From: Chloroflexi bacterium UBA4730 | GTDB taxonomy: Bacteria; Chloroflexota; Limnocylindria; P2-11E | Reading direction: 5' to 3' | DNA: 64,000 nt | Assembly: GCA_002404155.1 (NCBI GenBank) | Contig: DHJC01000015.1 | Coordinates: 100,887 to 164,886 of the forward strand | Shown here: positions 17,987 to 27,924 of the stretch, one piece after another | Position numbering within the stretch: position 1 is the first letter of the stretch | How the letters are laid out: each line of letters begins with the position of its first letter | Notes under the pieces: model-generated | Database searches by the model: none | Told to the model about the DNA's origin: nothing | Seen by the model: the letters and a program-made list of their open reading frames with translations, nothing else | Position numbers and translations under genes: made by a program

Positions 17987-18816
17987 TCCGCCAGCTCCGT
18001 GAAGCGGTACTTGCCGTCCACGCTCGTCACGGTGCCGAAGCGCGGGAGGTCGTGGGTGAACCCGACGATCCACTGCTCCTCGACCGCCCGCGCGAGGATC
18101 GTGCGCTTCGCCTCGAGGGTATCGAGCGGGAAGAGGTCCTGCGCCGGGATCCACGGAAGCGGCAAGTGGTGGCGATCGGGCATGAAGTCCGACGAGAAGA
18201 ACGCGGTCCGCCTGCCATCGGTCACCCGCACGGTCTGGGTACCCCGGGTGTGGCCCTGCACGCGATCGAGGCGGATGCCCGGCAGGATCTCGACGGCCTC
18301 GTCGATGAGCTCGAGCTTGCCGGCGGCCTCGAGCGGCGCGAAGTCGTCCGGAAAGTACGAGGCCCGGGTGCGCTCGTTCGTGTTCAGCGCGTCCACCCAC
18401 TCGAGGCGCTGGAACACGTAGCTCGCGCGCGGGAACGCCGCGACGAGCGTGTCGCCGTCGCGGCGGGTGTTCCCGCCCGAGTGGTCGAAGTGCAGATGCG
18501 TGTTCACGACGAGCGTGACGTCCTCCGGCTGCACTCCGCGTTTCGCGAGCTCGTTCAAGAGCTGCGGGGGCCGTTCGATCCCGTAGATGCCGCGCTGCTT
18601 GTCGGTCAGCTTCGAGCCCGCGCCGGTCTCGACGAGGACGACGTGGTCCGCATCGCGGATGAGGACGCAGTTCATGTCCATCGTGACGCGGTTGAGCTCG
18701 TCCGCCGCCTTCTGCGTGCTCCAGAGCACCTTCGGGACGACCCCGAACATCGCGCCGCCGTCGATCTTGAACGTGCCGTCGCTGAAGATGTCGATCTGGA
18801 AGTGTCCGAAGCGCAT
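17983..18816 (-). CDS. MBL-fold metallo-hydrolase
   Basis: HLHFDHSGGN metal motif. 277 aa. Confidence 0.85.
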   Translation of the reverse strand: MRFGHFQIDIFSDGTFKIDGGAMFGVVPKVLWSTQKAADELNRVTMDMNCVLIRDADHVVLVETGAGSKLTDKQRGIYGIERPPQLLNELAKRGVQPEDVTLVVNTHLHFDHSGGNTRRDGDTLVAAFPRASYVFQRLEWVDALNTNERTRASYFPDDFAPLEAAGKLELIDEAVEILPGIRLDRVQGHTRGTQTVRVTDGRRTAFFSSDFMPDRHHLPLPWIPAQDLFPLDTLEAKRTILARAVEEQWIVGFTHDLPRFGTVTSVDGKYRFTELAD

Positions 18817-18833
18817 GGTGGGAGTATGGAGAA

Positions 18834-19241
18834 GTGGAGATCCGGACGTACCGCGACGGCGACGGCGATCGGCTGCGGACGTTCTGGCTGGCGTGCGGCG
18901 TCAAGATCCGCCCCGGCGATGACGACGCGGGGCTCCTGCGTTTCGCCGCGCGCAATCCGGAACTGATGCTCCTGGCGGAGGAGGATGGCCACCTCGTCGG
19001 TTCCGCGCTCGGCGGCTGGGACGGCCGGCGGGGCTGGCTCTATCACGTCGCCGTGCATCGCGACGAGCGTCGCCGCGGGATCGGCCGCACGCTCGTGGCC
19101 GAGATGGAGCGGCGGATGCGCGAGCTCGGCTGCCCGAAGCTGAACCTCATCGCGTGGGATGACAACACGTACGCCATGCGGTTCTGGGAGGCGCTCGGCT
19201 ACCGCCGCGAGAAAACGGTCGAGTACGCCAAGGAGTTGTAG
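18834..19241 (+). CDS. GNAT-family N-acetyltransferase
   Basis: Acetyl-CoA motif VAVHRDERRRGIGRTLV. 135 aa. Confidence 0.85.
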   Translation: MEIRTYRDGDGDRLRTFWLACGVKIRPGDDDAGLLRFAARNPELMLLAEEDGHLVGSALGGWDGRRGWLYHVAVHRDERRRGIGRTLVAEMERRMRELGCPKLNLIAWDDNTYAMRFWEALGYRREKTVEYAKEL

Positions 19242-19250
19242 CGACCGATC

Positions 19251-20624
19251 TCAGTAGAAAACGAGGCGACCGTCGGCCAGCCACCGCCCGAAGGCCCCCG
19301 ACAGGCCGAAGCCGGCGCCGGCGGTCCGGCCGGTCACGAGGTCGATCAGCGTGAATCCCGAGTACCCCGCGCCGCCGGCCTGGGGCTGAAGGATGTATCG
19401 CGCGTCGGGGGACATGTACCACCCGCCGCCGCGATAGCGCTGATGCTCCGCGCCGTCGAAGCCCATGACGAGACCGAGCAATTGGGCTCCCGCACCTGGC
19501 TCACCGGGGTCGCGCACGACCAGGAGCTCGCCGGTGGGGAACGATGAGACGTAGAGCACGCCTCCCTCGATCGTGCGCACGGTCTGCCCTGTCGCGACGT
19601 CGACGATCCGCACCCGAGCCTTGGCCGCTCCGGCTTCGGAGTCGCTGTCGATCCCTGCGAGTAGCTTTCCGTCGCGAGACCACGCGAGCGACACGCGAGC
19701 GTCCGCGCCATACCGACGGAATGGTCCCGCCATCCGCGTGACCGCGCCGTCGCTGAGGTCGACCACCGCGATGTGTCCGTCGGCGTTGTACCCCCACAGC
19801 GCGACGCGATCGCCCGCCGGGTTCGGGACCGCGGTCCACGGCAGGCCGCCGACCGCACCGCTGGCATCCGCGATGGACCGCATCGCGCTGCCGACGCCGT
19901 CGCCGACCCAGACGTTGCGTCCGACGATCAGCAGTCGCCCGTCAGGCAGCCAGTCGGCGAACGCAAATGGCCCGTCGGCAGCGGTCGGCTGCGCGAGCGG
20001 CGCACTGGCACGCGTCGCGAGCTCGATCATCGCGGGCGCTACGGCACTGGGAGGCGCGATCGCCTGGTACGTGATCGCGTGTCGGCCATCGGGCGACACC
20101 GTGAGCGCGCCCGCGGAGCCGATGCGGAACGAGGTGGCCGCGGTGCGGGAGCCACCGGTCGCGATCGCGTACAGCTCGTCGACCGTGAACTCGCCGACCA
20201 CGCGTGTCGCCGGAAAGTCGAGGTGCACGGTGAACAGCCCGAGCACCGCGCTGTTGTCGGCGGCGCGCGTCTCGGGGACCTTGAACGAGAGATTCTCGTT
20301 CGCCTCGGCGAACACGAGCCGCACGGTCCGGTCATCGGTCCAGGTGAGCGCAGCGGTCTTCGGCAGCCAGGTCTCGAGGAACGCGCGGTCGACCGCGAAC
20401 GGGAAGGTCATGACGATCGTGACCGAGCCGCCTGTCGGCGTCAGCGTGAACCCAGTGCCGTCGGTGTAAGGCGCGCCGTTCACCGTGATGCGGACGGCGG
20501 AGCCCGGCAGCGGACCCGTCGGGGCCGCGGATGCCACCGAGGCCTTTGGCGAGGCCGAGCCGCCTGCGAGCGTCGAGCCGCAGGCGCCCAGGACCAATAC
20601 GGCGGCAAGCACAATGGATCTCAC
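19251..20624 (-). CDS. lipoprotein with TolB/PD40-like beta-propeller repeats
   Basis: GTG 20624 gives VRSIVLAAVLVLGACGS with a lipobox. Repeated SPDG/SRDGK/PDGR motifs. Alternative start ATG 20702. Confidence 0.7.
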   Translation of the reverse strand: MRSIVLAAVLVLGACGSTLAGGSASPKASVASAAPTGPLPGSAVRITVNGAPYTDGTGFTLTPTGGSVTIVMTFPFAVDRAFLETWLPKTAALTWTDDRTVRLVFAEANENLSFKVPETRAADNSAVLGLFTVHLDFPATRVVGEFTVDELYAIATGGSRTAATSFRIGSAGALTVSPDGRHAITYQAIAPPSAVAPAMIELATRASAPLAQPTAADGPFAFADWLPDGRLLIVGRNVWVGDGVGSAMRSIADASGAVGGLPWTAVPNPAGDRVALWGYNADGHIAVVDLSDGAVTRMAGPFRRYGADARVSLAWSRDGKLLAGIDSDSEAGAAKARVRIVDVATGQTVRTIEGGVLYVSSFPTGELLVVRDPGEPGAGAQLLGLVMGFDGAEHQRYRGGGWYMSPDARYILQPQAGGAGYSGFTLIDLVTGRTAGAGFGLSGAFGRWLADGRLVFY

Positions 20625-20711
20625 CAGCTCATGTTGCGTCCTGCCGCCAGTCCATCCGCGGCTGTATCGCCCGCCTGCCAAGCGGAGGAGCAGCACCCGC
20701 ATAATCCCGTC

Positions 20712-21551
20712 ATGGCGAGAGATCGGATGGCGTTCCTCGGCGGCGGCGTGATGGCCGAAGCGATGATCCGCGGCGTGCTCGACAAGCATCTCGTTCCACC
20801 GTCCCGGATCACCGTCACCGGCCCGCGGCGTGAACGGCGCGCGGAACTCGCGAAGCAGTTCGGCATCACGGCCCTCGCGTCGAACCTGGATGCGGCGAAG
20901 GCGGCGGACGTCGTCGTGCTCTCGGTGAAGCCGCAGGTGCTCCCGACGGTGATGAAGGAGCTTCGCGGGAAGCTGCGGGCCGATCAGCTCGTGATCTCGA
21001 TCGTCGCCGGCGCGAACATGCGCGCGCTCGAGATCGGCCTCGCGCATCCAACGATCGTCCGCGCGATGCCCAACACGCCGGCGCAGGTGGGGATGGGCGT
21101 CACCGCGTGGTATCCGTCACACGCGGTGACGGCCGAGCAACGGGAGCGCACCAAGAGCATCGTCGCCGCGCTTGGCGAAGAGCTCATGGTCGAAGACGAG
21201 TCGTACATCGACATGGCGACAGCGCTGTCGGCGACCGGCCCGACGTACGTCTTCCTCCTGATGGAGGCCCTCGTCGACGCGGGCGTGCATCTCGGGTTCT
21301 CGCGGCGCGTGGCCGAGGAGCTGGTACTGCGTACGGTCGAGGGCTCTGCGCTCTTCGCCCGCAAGAGCGGCCGGCATCTCGCGGAGCTGCGGAACATGGT
21401 CACCTCGCCGGGCGGCACGAGCGCGGCGGCGATCTATCAGCTCGAGAAGGGCTCGCTGCGGACCGTACTATCGAAAGCCGTGTACGCCGCATACCAGCGT
21501 GCGACCGAGCTCGGCGCCACCGCGGAACGGAAGGTCACGCAGGACGAATGA
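20712..21551 (+). CDS. proC: pyrroline-5-carboxylate reductase
   Basis: MAFLGGGVMAEAMIRG, SVKPQ, AMPNTPA and VTSPGGTS motifs. The upstream part of the 592-aa track ORF is antisense to the lipoprotein gene. Confidence 0.9.
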   Translation: MARDRMAFLGGGVMAEAMIRGVLDKHLVPPSRITVTGPRRERRAELAKQFGITALASNLDAAKAADVVVLSVKPQVLPTVMKELRGKLRADQLVISIVAGANMRALEIGLAHPTIVRAMPNTPAQVGMGVTAWYPSHAVTAEQRERTKSIVAALGEELMVEDESYIDMATALSATGPTYVFLLMEALVDAGVHLGFSRRVAEELVLRTVEGSALFARKSGRHLAELRNMVTSPGGTSAAAIYQLEKGSLRTVLSKAVYAAYQRATELGATAERKVTQDE

Positions 21552-21862
21552 AGAACGCCATCTCGATCGGTGTCGCACTCGTGGTCGGCGTGCTGCTCGC
21601 GTTCTACGACCTCCGCACCGACGACACGGGGATCGAGGTCGGACTGCTGCTCATCGCCTCGATCACGCTCGCGGCGCTCGCGCCACGGCGCTGGTGGCTC
21701 ATCGCGCTCTGTGTCGGCTTGCCGATCCCGATCGTCGAGATCGCGGTCGCCCATGCCTCAGTTTTTCCGCCTGGAGGGGTGGCCGCGCTCGGGGTGGCCA
21801 TCGTGGGGGCGCTCATCGGGTTCGCGATCGGGCGTGCGTCGAGGAGCAGCGCGGCGGCGTAG
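21548..21862 (+). CDS. small membrane protein (104 aa)
   Basis: ATG overlaps the proC stop (ATGA). Three hydrophobic segments. Confidence 0.6.
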   Translation: MKNAISIGVALVVGVLLAFYDLRTDDTGIEVGLLLIASITLAALAPRRWWLIALCVGLPIPIVEIAVAHASVFPPGGVAALGVAIVGALIGFAIGRASRSSAAA

Positions 21863-21880
21863 CCCGCCCGCGGCTCGTCG

Positions 21881-22336
21881 TTAGTTCGGGTTGACCTGGC
21901 TGACCTCGAAGACCTCGCCGTTCCGCTGGATCCGGGCGTGAGCATCGACCGAGCGAAGCCACGCCGTGCCACCGGCCGCGAGGGCCTCGAACGTCTTCGC
22001 TTCGTGGACGCTCGGCCAGAGCAGCGTCGTGTGCTCGTGGGGTGCGCCTTGCACGAGGAAGCGTTCGAGGTCCGTCCGATCCGCAAGGACGACCGCGCTA
22101 CCGGACGTGGTGTCATCCGATGCCCAGTTCACCTGCCGTGATTGCCAGCGGCTGAGCCAGGCGGGGACGGCTCCGACGTGGCCGACGACGCCGATGAGCG
22201 GCGTCGGTCCGAAGTCCCAGAGCCATGCGGCCGTTTCGGCGACGATCTCCGGATCCGCGAGCGGACGCCACTCGCTGTCCGCGGGCGGGAGCTCGAGCAC
22301 GAAACGGTCATACGCGACCTGGCTGACCTGCATCAC
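21881..22336 (-). CDS. hypothetical protein
   Basis: 151-aa ORF with plausible composition and no recognisable motif. Confidence 0.5.
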   Translation of the reverse strand: MMQVSQVAYDRFVLELPPADSEWRPLADPEIVAETAAWLWDFGPTPLIGVVGHVGAVPAWLSRWQSRQVNWASDDTTSGSAVVLADRTDLERFLVQGAPHEHTTLLWPSVHEAKTFEALAAGGTAWLRSVDAHARIQRNGEVFEVSQVNPN

Positions 22337-22432
22337 GACACTGGACTACGCCTGCGACCGCCGGGCTCACAGTCCCCTGGCGGGGGTGCTTTGGCTAGTA
22401 CCCCGGTACTATGGGTGCGCAACGGCCTCCTA

Positions 22433-23326
22433 CTAGCGACTGCGGCGGAGCCTGGGGTCCAAGGCGTCGCGAAGGGCGTCGCCGAAGAAGTTGAACGAAA
22501 AGACCGCAAGGAAGATCCCGATCCCGGGTCCGATGCTCATCCACCACTTCAGATTCGAGAGGTACCGCTGCGAGTAATACACGTCCGCGCCCCACGTCGG
22601 CGTCGGCGGCTGCGCCCCAAGACCGAGGAACGACAGCGCGGCCTCAGCGAGCATCGCGCCGGCGATCGCCAGGGTCGCCTGCACGATGAGCGGGTTGGTG
22701 ATGTTCGGGAAGATGTGACGAGCGACGATCCGGACGTCGCTGCAGCCGATCGTGCGCGCGGCCTCGATGTACTCACGATTCCGGGTGGCGAGTACCTGGC
22801 CGCGCGACAGGCGGGTGAATCCCGGAATTGCGACGATGCCGATGGCGATCATCGCGTTGCGCAGGTCCGGACCCAAAGCCGCGGTTATCGCGATCGCGAG
22901 GAGCAGCGCGGGGAACGCGAGGAGTGCGTCGATGAGCCTCATCGAGACGAGGTCGAACACGCCACCGACGTATCCCGCCGCCATGCCGAGCGAGATCCCG
23001 ATGACCGCACCGATACCGACCGCGATCAGACCCACGGAGAGCGAGACCCGGGAGCCGAAGATGACGCGGGAGAGCACATCCCGCCCGACGTCATCCGTGC
23101 CGAACGGGTGCGACCCGGACGGCGGCTCTAGCGAAACGGCGCCATTGACCGCGATGGGATCGTACGGGGCGAGAAGTGGTGCGAAGATCGCGACGGCCAC
23201 AAGGAAGAGCACGAGCCCACCGCCGATGAGGATGCGCGGATTCCGGCGGGCATTCTCCCAGGTGAGCCAGCCGCGCGCGCGTCGCGCGGCGTCGGTCGGG
23301 ACGACGGCCTGCGCCTGCGTCGTCAT
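22433..23326 (-). CDS. peptide/nickel ABC transporter permease (DppC/OppC-like)
   Basis: BPD transport motif pattern (EAARTIGCSDVRIVARHIFPN). Start placed at ATG 23326, which overlaps the upstream stop (ATGA). Confidence 0.9.
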   Translation of the reverse strand: MTTQAQAVVPTDAARRARGWLTWENARRNPRILIGGGLVLFLVAVAIFAPLLAPYDPIAVNGAVSLEPPSGSHPFGTDDVGRDVLSRVIFGSRVSLSVGLIAVGIGAVIGISLGMAAGYVGGVFDLVSMRLIDALLAFPALLLAIAITAALGPDLRNAMIAIGIVAIPGFTRLSRGQVLATRNREYIEAARTIGCSDVRIVARHIFPNITNPLIVQATLAIAGAMLAEAALSFLGLGAQPPTPTWGADVYYSQRYLSNLKWWMSIGPGIGIFLAVFSFNFFGDALRDALDPRLRRSR

Positions 23327-24276
23327 GCCGCGGTCCGATACGAGATGCGCGGATCGAGCCATGCGTACAGGAGATCGACCAGCAGCGTCGACGCCATGAA
23401 GGAGAGCGCCGAGAACAGGACGATCGCCTGCACCACCGGGTAGTCGCGGCCGTTGATGCTGTCGATCGCGAGCTTCCCCACTCCGGGCCAGAGGAAGACG
23501 GTCTCGGTGATAAAGGCGCCCTCGATCACCGCACCGACCTGCAGGCCGATGATCGTGACAGCCGGGATGAGACCGTTCTTCAGCGCGTGCCGCACGATGA
23601 CTCGCGTCTCGGAGAGACCTTTTGCGCGCGCGGTTCGCATGTAGTCCTGGCCGAACACATCGAGCAGGCTCGAGCGGATCTGGCGCATGTTCGCCGCGAT
23701 GCTTGCGGTCGCGAGCGTGATCGCCGGCAGAACGAGGCGCCCGAGATTGTCGAGCGGGTCCTCGCCGAACGGGACGTAGCCGCCCGGGTGGGCGATCCGA
23801 AACACCAAGCCAAAGACGAGGATCAGCACGAGGCCGAGGAAGAAGTTCGGAAGAGACACACCGGCAAGCGTGATGCCGGTCGCGATGAGATCGAGCGGCG
23901 AGTTGTGGCGCACCGCTGACAGCGTGCCGACAACGAGCGCAACCACGATCGACAGCGCGATCGCGGTAAGACCGAGCTCGAGGGTCGCCGGCACGCGTTC
24001 GCCGATCGCCTCGAGGACGGGCTGATGAGTGCGGATGGAGCGGCCGAAATCGCCGGTGACCGCACGAGACATCCAGGCGACGTACTGGATCGGCAGCGGC
24101 TGATCGAGACCGAGCTCATGGCGGACCGCGTCCATCGCCGCAGGATCGGGTTCCTCGCCGGCGATGATACGAACCGGATCGCCCGGTGTGAGGTGAAGAA
24201 GCGTGAAGACGATGACCGTGACAAGGATGACCACGGGGATCATGAACACGAGGCGGCGAAGGACATATTGCGTCAC
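23323..24276 (-). CDS. peptide/nickel ABC transporter permease (DppB/OppB-like)
   Basis: MTQYVLRRLVFMIPV...LHLTPGDP, the typical DppB N-terminus, plus YMRTARAKGLSE. Confidence 0.9.
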   Translation of the reverse strand: MTQYVLRRLVFMIPVVILVTVIVFTLLHLTPGDPVRIIAGEEPDPAAMDAVRHELGLDQPLPIQYVAWMSRAVTGDFGRSIRTHQPVLEAIGERVPATLELGLTAIALSIVVALVVGTLSAVRHNSPLDLIATGITLAGVSLPNFFLGLVLILVFGLVFRIAHPGGYVPFGEDPLDNLGRLVLPAITLATASIAANMRQIRSSLLDVFGQDYMRTARAKGLSETRVIVRHALKNGLIPAVTIIGLQVGAVIEGAFITETVFLWPGVGKLAIDSINGRDYPVVQAIVLFSALSFMASTLLVDLLYAWLDPRISYRTAA

Positions 24277-24309
24277 TTCGCCGCCTCCTTGCTCGAACTC
24301 AGGACAGGG

Positions 24310-25899
24310 TCACTTGATCCAGGCGTACGCGAACCGAATGATGCCGTCCGGGTACGCGTCGACTCCATGGACCTTCTTGGCCGTGGCGATGCCGGTGATG
24401 CGGAACGAATACCACACGCGGCCGGCTTCGTTCACGACCGTTTCCTCGGCCTTGCGGAGCAGCGGCTTGCGCGCCGCGGGGTCGGCCAGGGTGCGCTGCT
24501 GGTCCATGGCCTGATCGACCACGGAGCTCGAGTAGCTCGCGTCGTTGAAGGGCTTGCCGGTGACGATGTGGTCGTAGGTGTTGCCGTCCGGGTCCAGCCG
24601 GCCGGACCACCCGACGAGGGTCGCGTCCTTGAAGATGTGCTTCGTCTGCTGGTCCAGGATCTGCGCGAACTCGAGCGACTGGATCTTCATGTCGATGCCG
24701 GCCTTCTGCATCTGGGCCTGGATGAGCGTCGCGAACTGGACCTGCGTCGCGTCACCGGCGGAGATGATGAGCGTGAAGGACAGCGGTCCCTTGCCGACGG
24801 AATCGACGAGGGACTTCGCCTTGGCCGGGTCGACGGTAAACGGCTTGAAGGTGGGGTCGTACGCGAAATGCGCCGGCGCGATCGGGCCGTAGCCCACCGC
24901 TCCCACGCCGAAGCTGACCTTGTCGAGCAGCTCCTGCCGGTCGATCGCCGTTGCGACCGCCTGGCGGTACTTGACCTCGCTGAAGACGTTACCCGGCGCG
25001 TTGTTGAGGATGATGCTGTTGAAGCCGAAGTTCGGCGCCTCGATCCACGTGAGGTCCGTGGAGTTGCGCATGTCGGCAACGTCCTTACCCGGGATGTTGT
25101 TCGCGGCCTGGACGTCACCGGTCTTCAGCTGCGTGACCCGAACAGTGCCGTCGGTGATCGGCTTGATCGTGATCTTGTCGAGGTACGGAAGCTTGTTCCC
25201 GTCCTTGTCCTTCTCCCAGTAATTCGGGTTCTTCGCGAGCGTGATGTGGTCGTCCTTGACGGCTTCGACGAAGGCGAAGGGGCCCGTGCCGGCATTCACC
25301 GGCTTCCGGGTGAAGTCCGCACCTCCGGCCTCGACGGCCTTCTGGGACAGCATCATGCCGGCCCGATCGACGAGCTGCGCCGCGAGCGGCGAGAACGGTG
25401 CTTTCAGGTTGAGCTTGACGGTCTTGGCATCGACGACGGTGACGCTGTCGACGCTACCGAGCTCGCCCTTGCGCTGTGACTTCGCGTCGGTCCGGTACCG
25501 GTCGAGGTTCCACTTGACCGAGTCCGCGTTGAACGATGTGCCGTCTTGGTAGTTGACGCCCTCGCGGAGCGTGAGAGTGAAGGTCTTACCGTCGGATGAG
25601 GTCTCCCACTTCGTTGCGAGCCCCGCGACGATGATGCCCTTCGGATCGCTGCGGAGGAGCGTGTCGTAGATCAAGTAGTGGATGTTGCGGTCGACGAACG
25701 CCGTCGAGAGCAGCGGGTCGCCGTTGATTAGGTCGTTCTCGAGCGCGAACGCGAGCGTGCCGCCGGCGACGGGCGTGCCCGCGTTCGGGGTTCCGCTACC
25801 GCCGCTTGTGGTGCTCGTGCCGCCGGAACACGCGCCGAGGACGATGGCGAACGCGGCGAGGATGGCAAAGAGCCGCGCGATCGGTCGGGTCATGAACAC
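24310..25899 (-). CDS. ABC transporter substrate-binding lipoprotein, family 5 (peptide/nickel)
   Basis: Lipobox IVLGAC. 529 aa with typical SBP_bac_5 length and pattern. Confidence 0.9.
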   Translation of the reverse strand: MFMTRPIARLFAILAAFAIVLGACSGGTSTTSGGSGTPNAGTPVAGGTLAFALENDLINGDPLLSTAFVDRNIHYLIYDTLLRSDPKGIIVAGLATKWETSSDGKTFTLTLREGVNYQDGTSFNADSVKWNLDRYRTDAKSQRKGELGSVDSVTVVDAKTVKLNLKAPFSPLAAQLVDRAGMMLSQKAVEAGGADFTRKPVNAGTGPFAFVEAVKDDHITLAKNPNYWEKDKDGNKLPYLDKITIKPITDGTVRVTQLKTGDVQAANNIPGKDVADMRNSTDLTWIEAPNFGFNSIILNNAPGNVFSEVKYRQAVATAIDRQELLDKVSFGVGAVGYGPIAPAHFAYDPTFKPFTVDPAKAKSLVDSVGKGPLSFTLIISAGDATQVQFATLIQAQMQKAGIDMKIQSLEFAQILDQQTKHIFKDATLVGWSGRLDPDGNTYDHIVTGKPFNDASYSSSVVDQAMDQQRTLADPAARKPLLRKAEETVVNEAGRVWYSFRITGIATAKKVHGVDAYPDGIIRFAYAWIK

Positions 25900-25992
25900 A
25901 CCCCCCAGACCTGCCTCAGGTCTGCTGGAGGATACGTCCGGCGCTCGCGCGTGGTTCAGGGTTCCGCGGATCGGAACCGGATCGTCGCGGGC

Positions 25993-26667
25993 CTAGCTGG
26001 GTTCGATCCGGTCGGTGTTCTCGACCGGCTTGACCGCTGGGCCCTCGTCAACGCGCTCGCCGCCTTTGCGGCCGGTACTGGGGAGCAGACGAAAGCGCGC
26101 GCGGAGGCGGTTGACCGGGGTCGCACTGACGGCGCGGTCATCGACGGCCGGTGACGTCGAGTCCGCCGCGACGGCGGGAACGGTCGCGACGGCGATCCGG
26201 GCCGGGGCGAGGAGCCCGCCCAGCCAGGCGGCGAAGACCGCGATGAGCAGGCCGAGCACCCCGCCGAAGGCGAACGTCTCGACCGATTGATAGAAGGCGA
26301 CGCCGAGCACGAGCGGCAGAATCTGGATGAGCCGTGCGGGCGCGCCGAACATCCCCACCGCGAACGCCAGATCGACGATGAGGAGCGCGCACACGATGAA
26401 CAGGCCGAGGAACGCGACCATCATCCCGTGCCAGCTGCCGCGGTAGCCCGCCATGCGGCCGGCGACGTAGCCGCCGATGAGATACGAGAGGCCGACGCCC
26501 GCGAGTATCGGGACCGCGGACGCGTACCCGCGTGTCGAGTAGAGGTTCGTGAGCATGAAAGCGATGATCGGGGTCAGGATCGCCGCAACGCCGACCGTCG
26601 CGAGCCATCCGTCAATGATCGAGCCCCACGACGTTCCCGTCGGGCGCACGACAACCTCGCGTGCCAT
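25993..26667 (-). CDS. hypothetical integral membrane protein
   Basis: 224 aa with four to five hydrophobic helices and a hydrophilic C-terminal tail. Confidence 0.6.
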   Translation of the reverse strand: MAREVVVRPTGTSWGSIIDGWLATVGVAAILTPIIAFMLTNLYSTRGYASAVPILAGVGLSYLIGGYVAGRMAGYRGSWHGMMVAFLGLFIVCALLIVDLAFAVGMFGAPARLIQILPLVLGVAFYQSVETFAFGGVLGLLIAVFAAWLGGLLAPARIAVATVPAVAADSTSPAVDDRAVSATPVNRLRARFRLLPSTGRKGGERVDEGPAVKPVENTDRIEPS

Positions 26668-26724
26668 GGCAGTGCCCTCCTTGAGGTCTCACCCGCCATC
26701 CATAGCAAGCGAGGGGCCAGGCGG

Positions 26725-27924
26725 CTAGACGGCCGCCGTGCGGCTCCCAGCGCTGCGCGCGAACGTGTCGGCGAGGTCCGTCCGCTCCCAGGGGAGGTCG
26801 AGTTCGGGCCGGCCGAAGTGGCCGTACGTCGCGGTCTGGCGGTAGATCGGACGGCGCAAGTCGAACCGCTCGATGATCTCCTGCGGACGGAAGTCGAAGT
26901 GCTCGTCGATGAGCCGGCGAATGACCTCGTCATCGACGGTGCCCGTGCCGAACGTTTCGACGTTGAGCGAGACGGGCTTCGCGACGCCGATGACGTACGC
27001 GATCTGGATCTGGCAGCGTCGCGCGAGCTTCGCCGCGACGATGTTCTTCGCGACGTAGCGCGCCGCGTACGCGCCGGAGCGGTCGACTTTGGTCGGATCC
27101 TTGCCGCTGAACGCGCCGCCGCCGTGCGGTGCGTATCCGCCATACGTGTCGACGATGATCTTGCGTCCGGTGAGCCCGGCGTCCCCCATCGGACCGCCGA
27201 TGACGAACTTGCCGGTGCCGTTGATGACATAGCGGGTCTCGTTGTCCAGCAGATGTGCCGGGATGGCCGCGCGGACCACCGCTTCCTTCACGTCGCGCCT
27301 GATCTGCTCGATGTCGATGCCGTCATCGTGCTGCGTCGCGACGACGACGGTGTGCACGCGCTTGGGCGCGCCGTTGTGGTACTCGACCGTGATCTGGCTC
27401 TTGCCATCGGGCCGGAGATAGCTGATCTCGCCGGACTTGCGTGACTTCGCGAGCTGCTTCGCGACGGCGTGCGCGAGCGTGATCGGCAGCGGCATGAGCT
27501 CCGGGGTCTCGTCGATCGCGAAGCCGAACATCATTCCCTGGTCCCCGGCCCCGAGCTCACCGCCATCGTCCTGCGCGCGGTCCACGCCCTGCGCGATGTC
27601 CGGCGACTGCGGCTTGATCGCGGTGAGGACACCGCACGTTTCGTAGTCGAAGCCGTAATGCGCGTTCGTGTAGCCGATGTCCTTCACGACATCGCGCACG
27701 ATCCCGATCACGTCCGCATACGCGGTCGTCGTGATCTCACCCGCGACGAGGACCGTGCCGGTCGTGGTCGCGGTCTCGCACGCGACGCGCGCCATCGGGT
27801 CCTTCGCAAGCAGCGCGTCGAGCACGGCGTCGGAGACCTGGTCGCAGAGCTTGTCCGGGTGCCCCTCGGTGACCGACTCGCTCGAGAAAAGCCATTTGTC
27901 GGCACGCATGAAGCTCAGCGTCAT
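26725..27924 (-). CDS. metK: S-adenosylmethionine synthetase
   Basis: [29 protein letters not shown] and [16 protein letters not shown] motifs. Confidence 0.95.
   Translation of the reverse strand: MTLSFMRADKWLFSSESVTEGHPDKLCDQVSDAVLDALLAKDPMARVACETATTTGTVLVAGEITTTAYADVIGIVRDVVKDIGYTNAHYGFDYETCGVLTAIKPQSPDIAQGVDRAQDDGGELGAGDQGMMFGFAIDETPELMPLPITLAHAVAKQLAKSRKSGEISYLRPDGKSQITVEYHNGAPKRVHTVVVATQHDDGIDIEQIRRDVKEAVVRAAIPAHLLDNETRYVINGTGKFVIGGPMGDAGLTGRKIIVDTYGGYAPHGGGAFSGKDPTKVDRSGAYAARYVAKNIVAAKLARRCQIQIAYVIGVAKPVSLNVETFGTGTVDDEVIRRLIDEHFDFRPQEIIERFDLRRPIYRQTATYGHFGRPELDLPWERTDLADTFARSAGSRTAAV

Noticed and set aside
16781-18955. 724-aa minus-strand ORF taken as one gene
   Set aside because: Only the C-terminal 401 codons form the FAD oxidoreductase. 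The N-terminal part runs out of frame through the MBL hydrolase gene and is Arg/Pro-rich.
22396-22411. The TAGTACC-CC-GGTACTA repeat as an intrinsic terminator of the dpp operon
   Set aside because: A 2-nt loop is sterically implausible and there is no downstream U tract. It is kept only as a possible operator.
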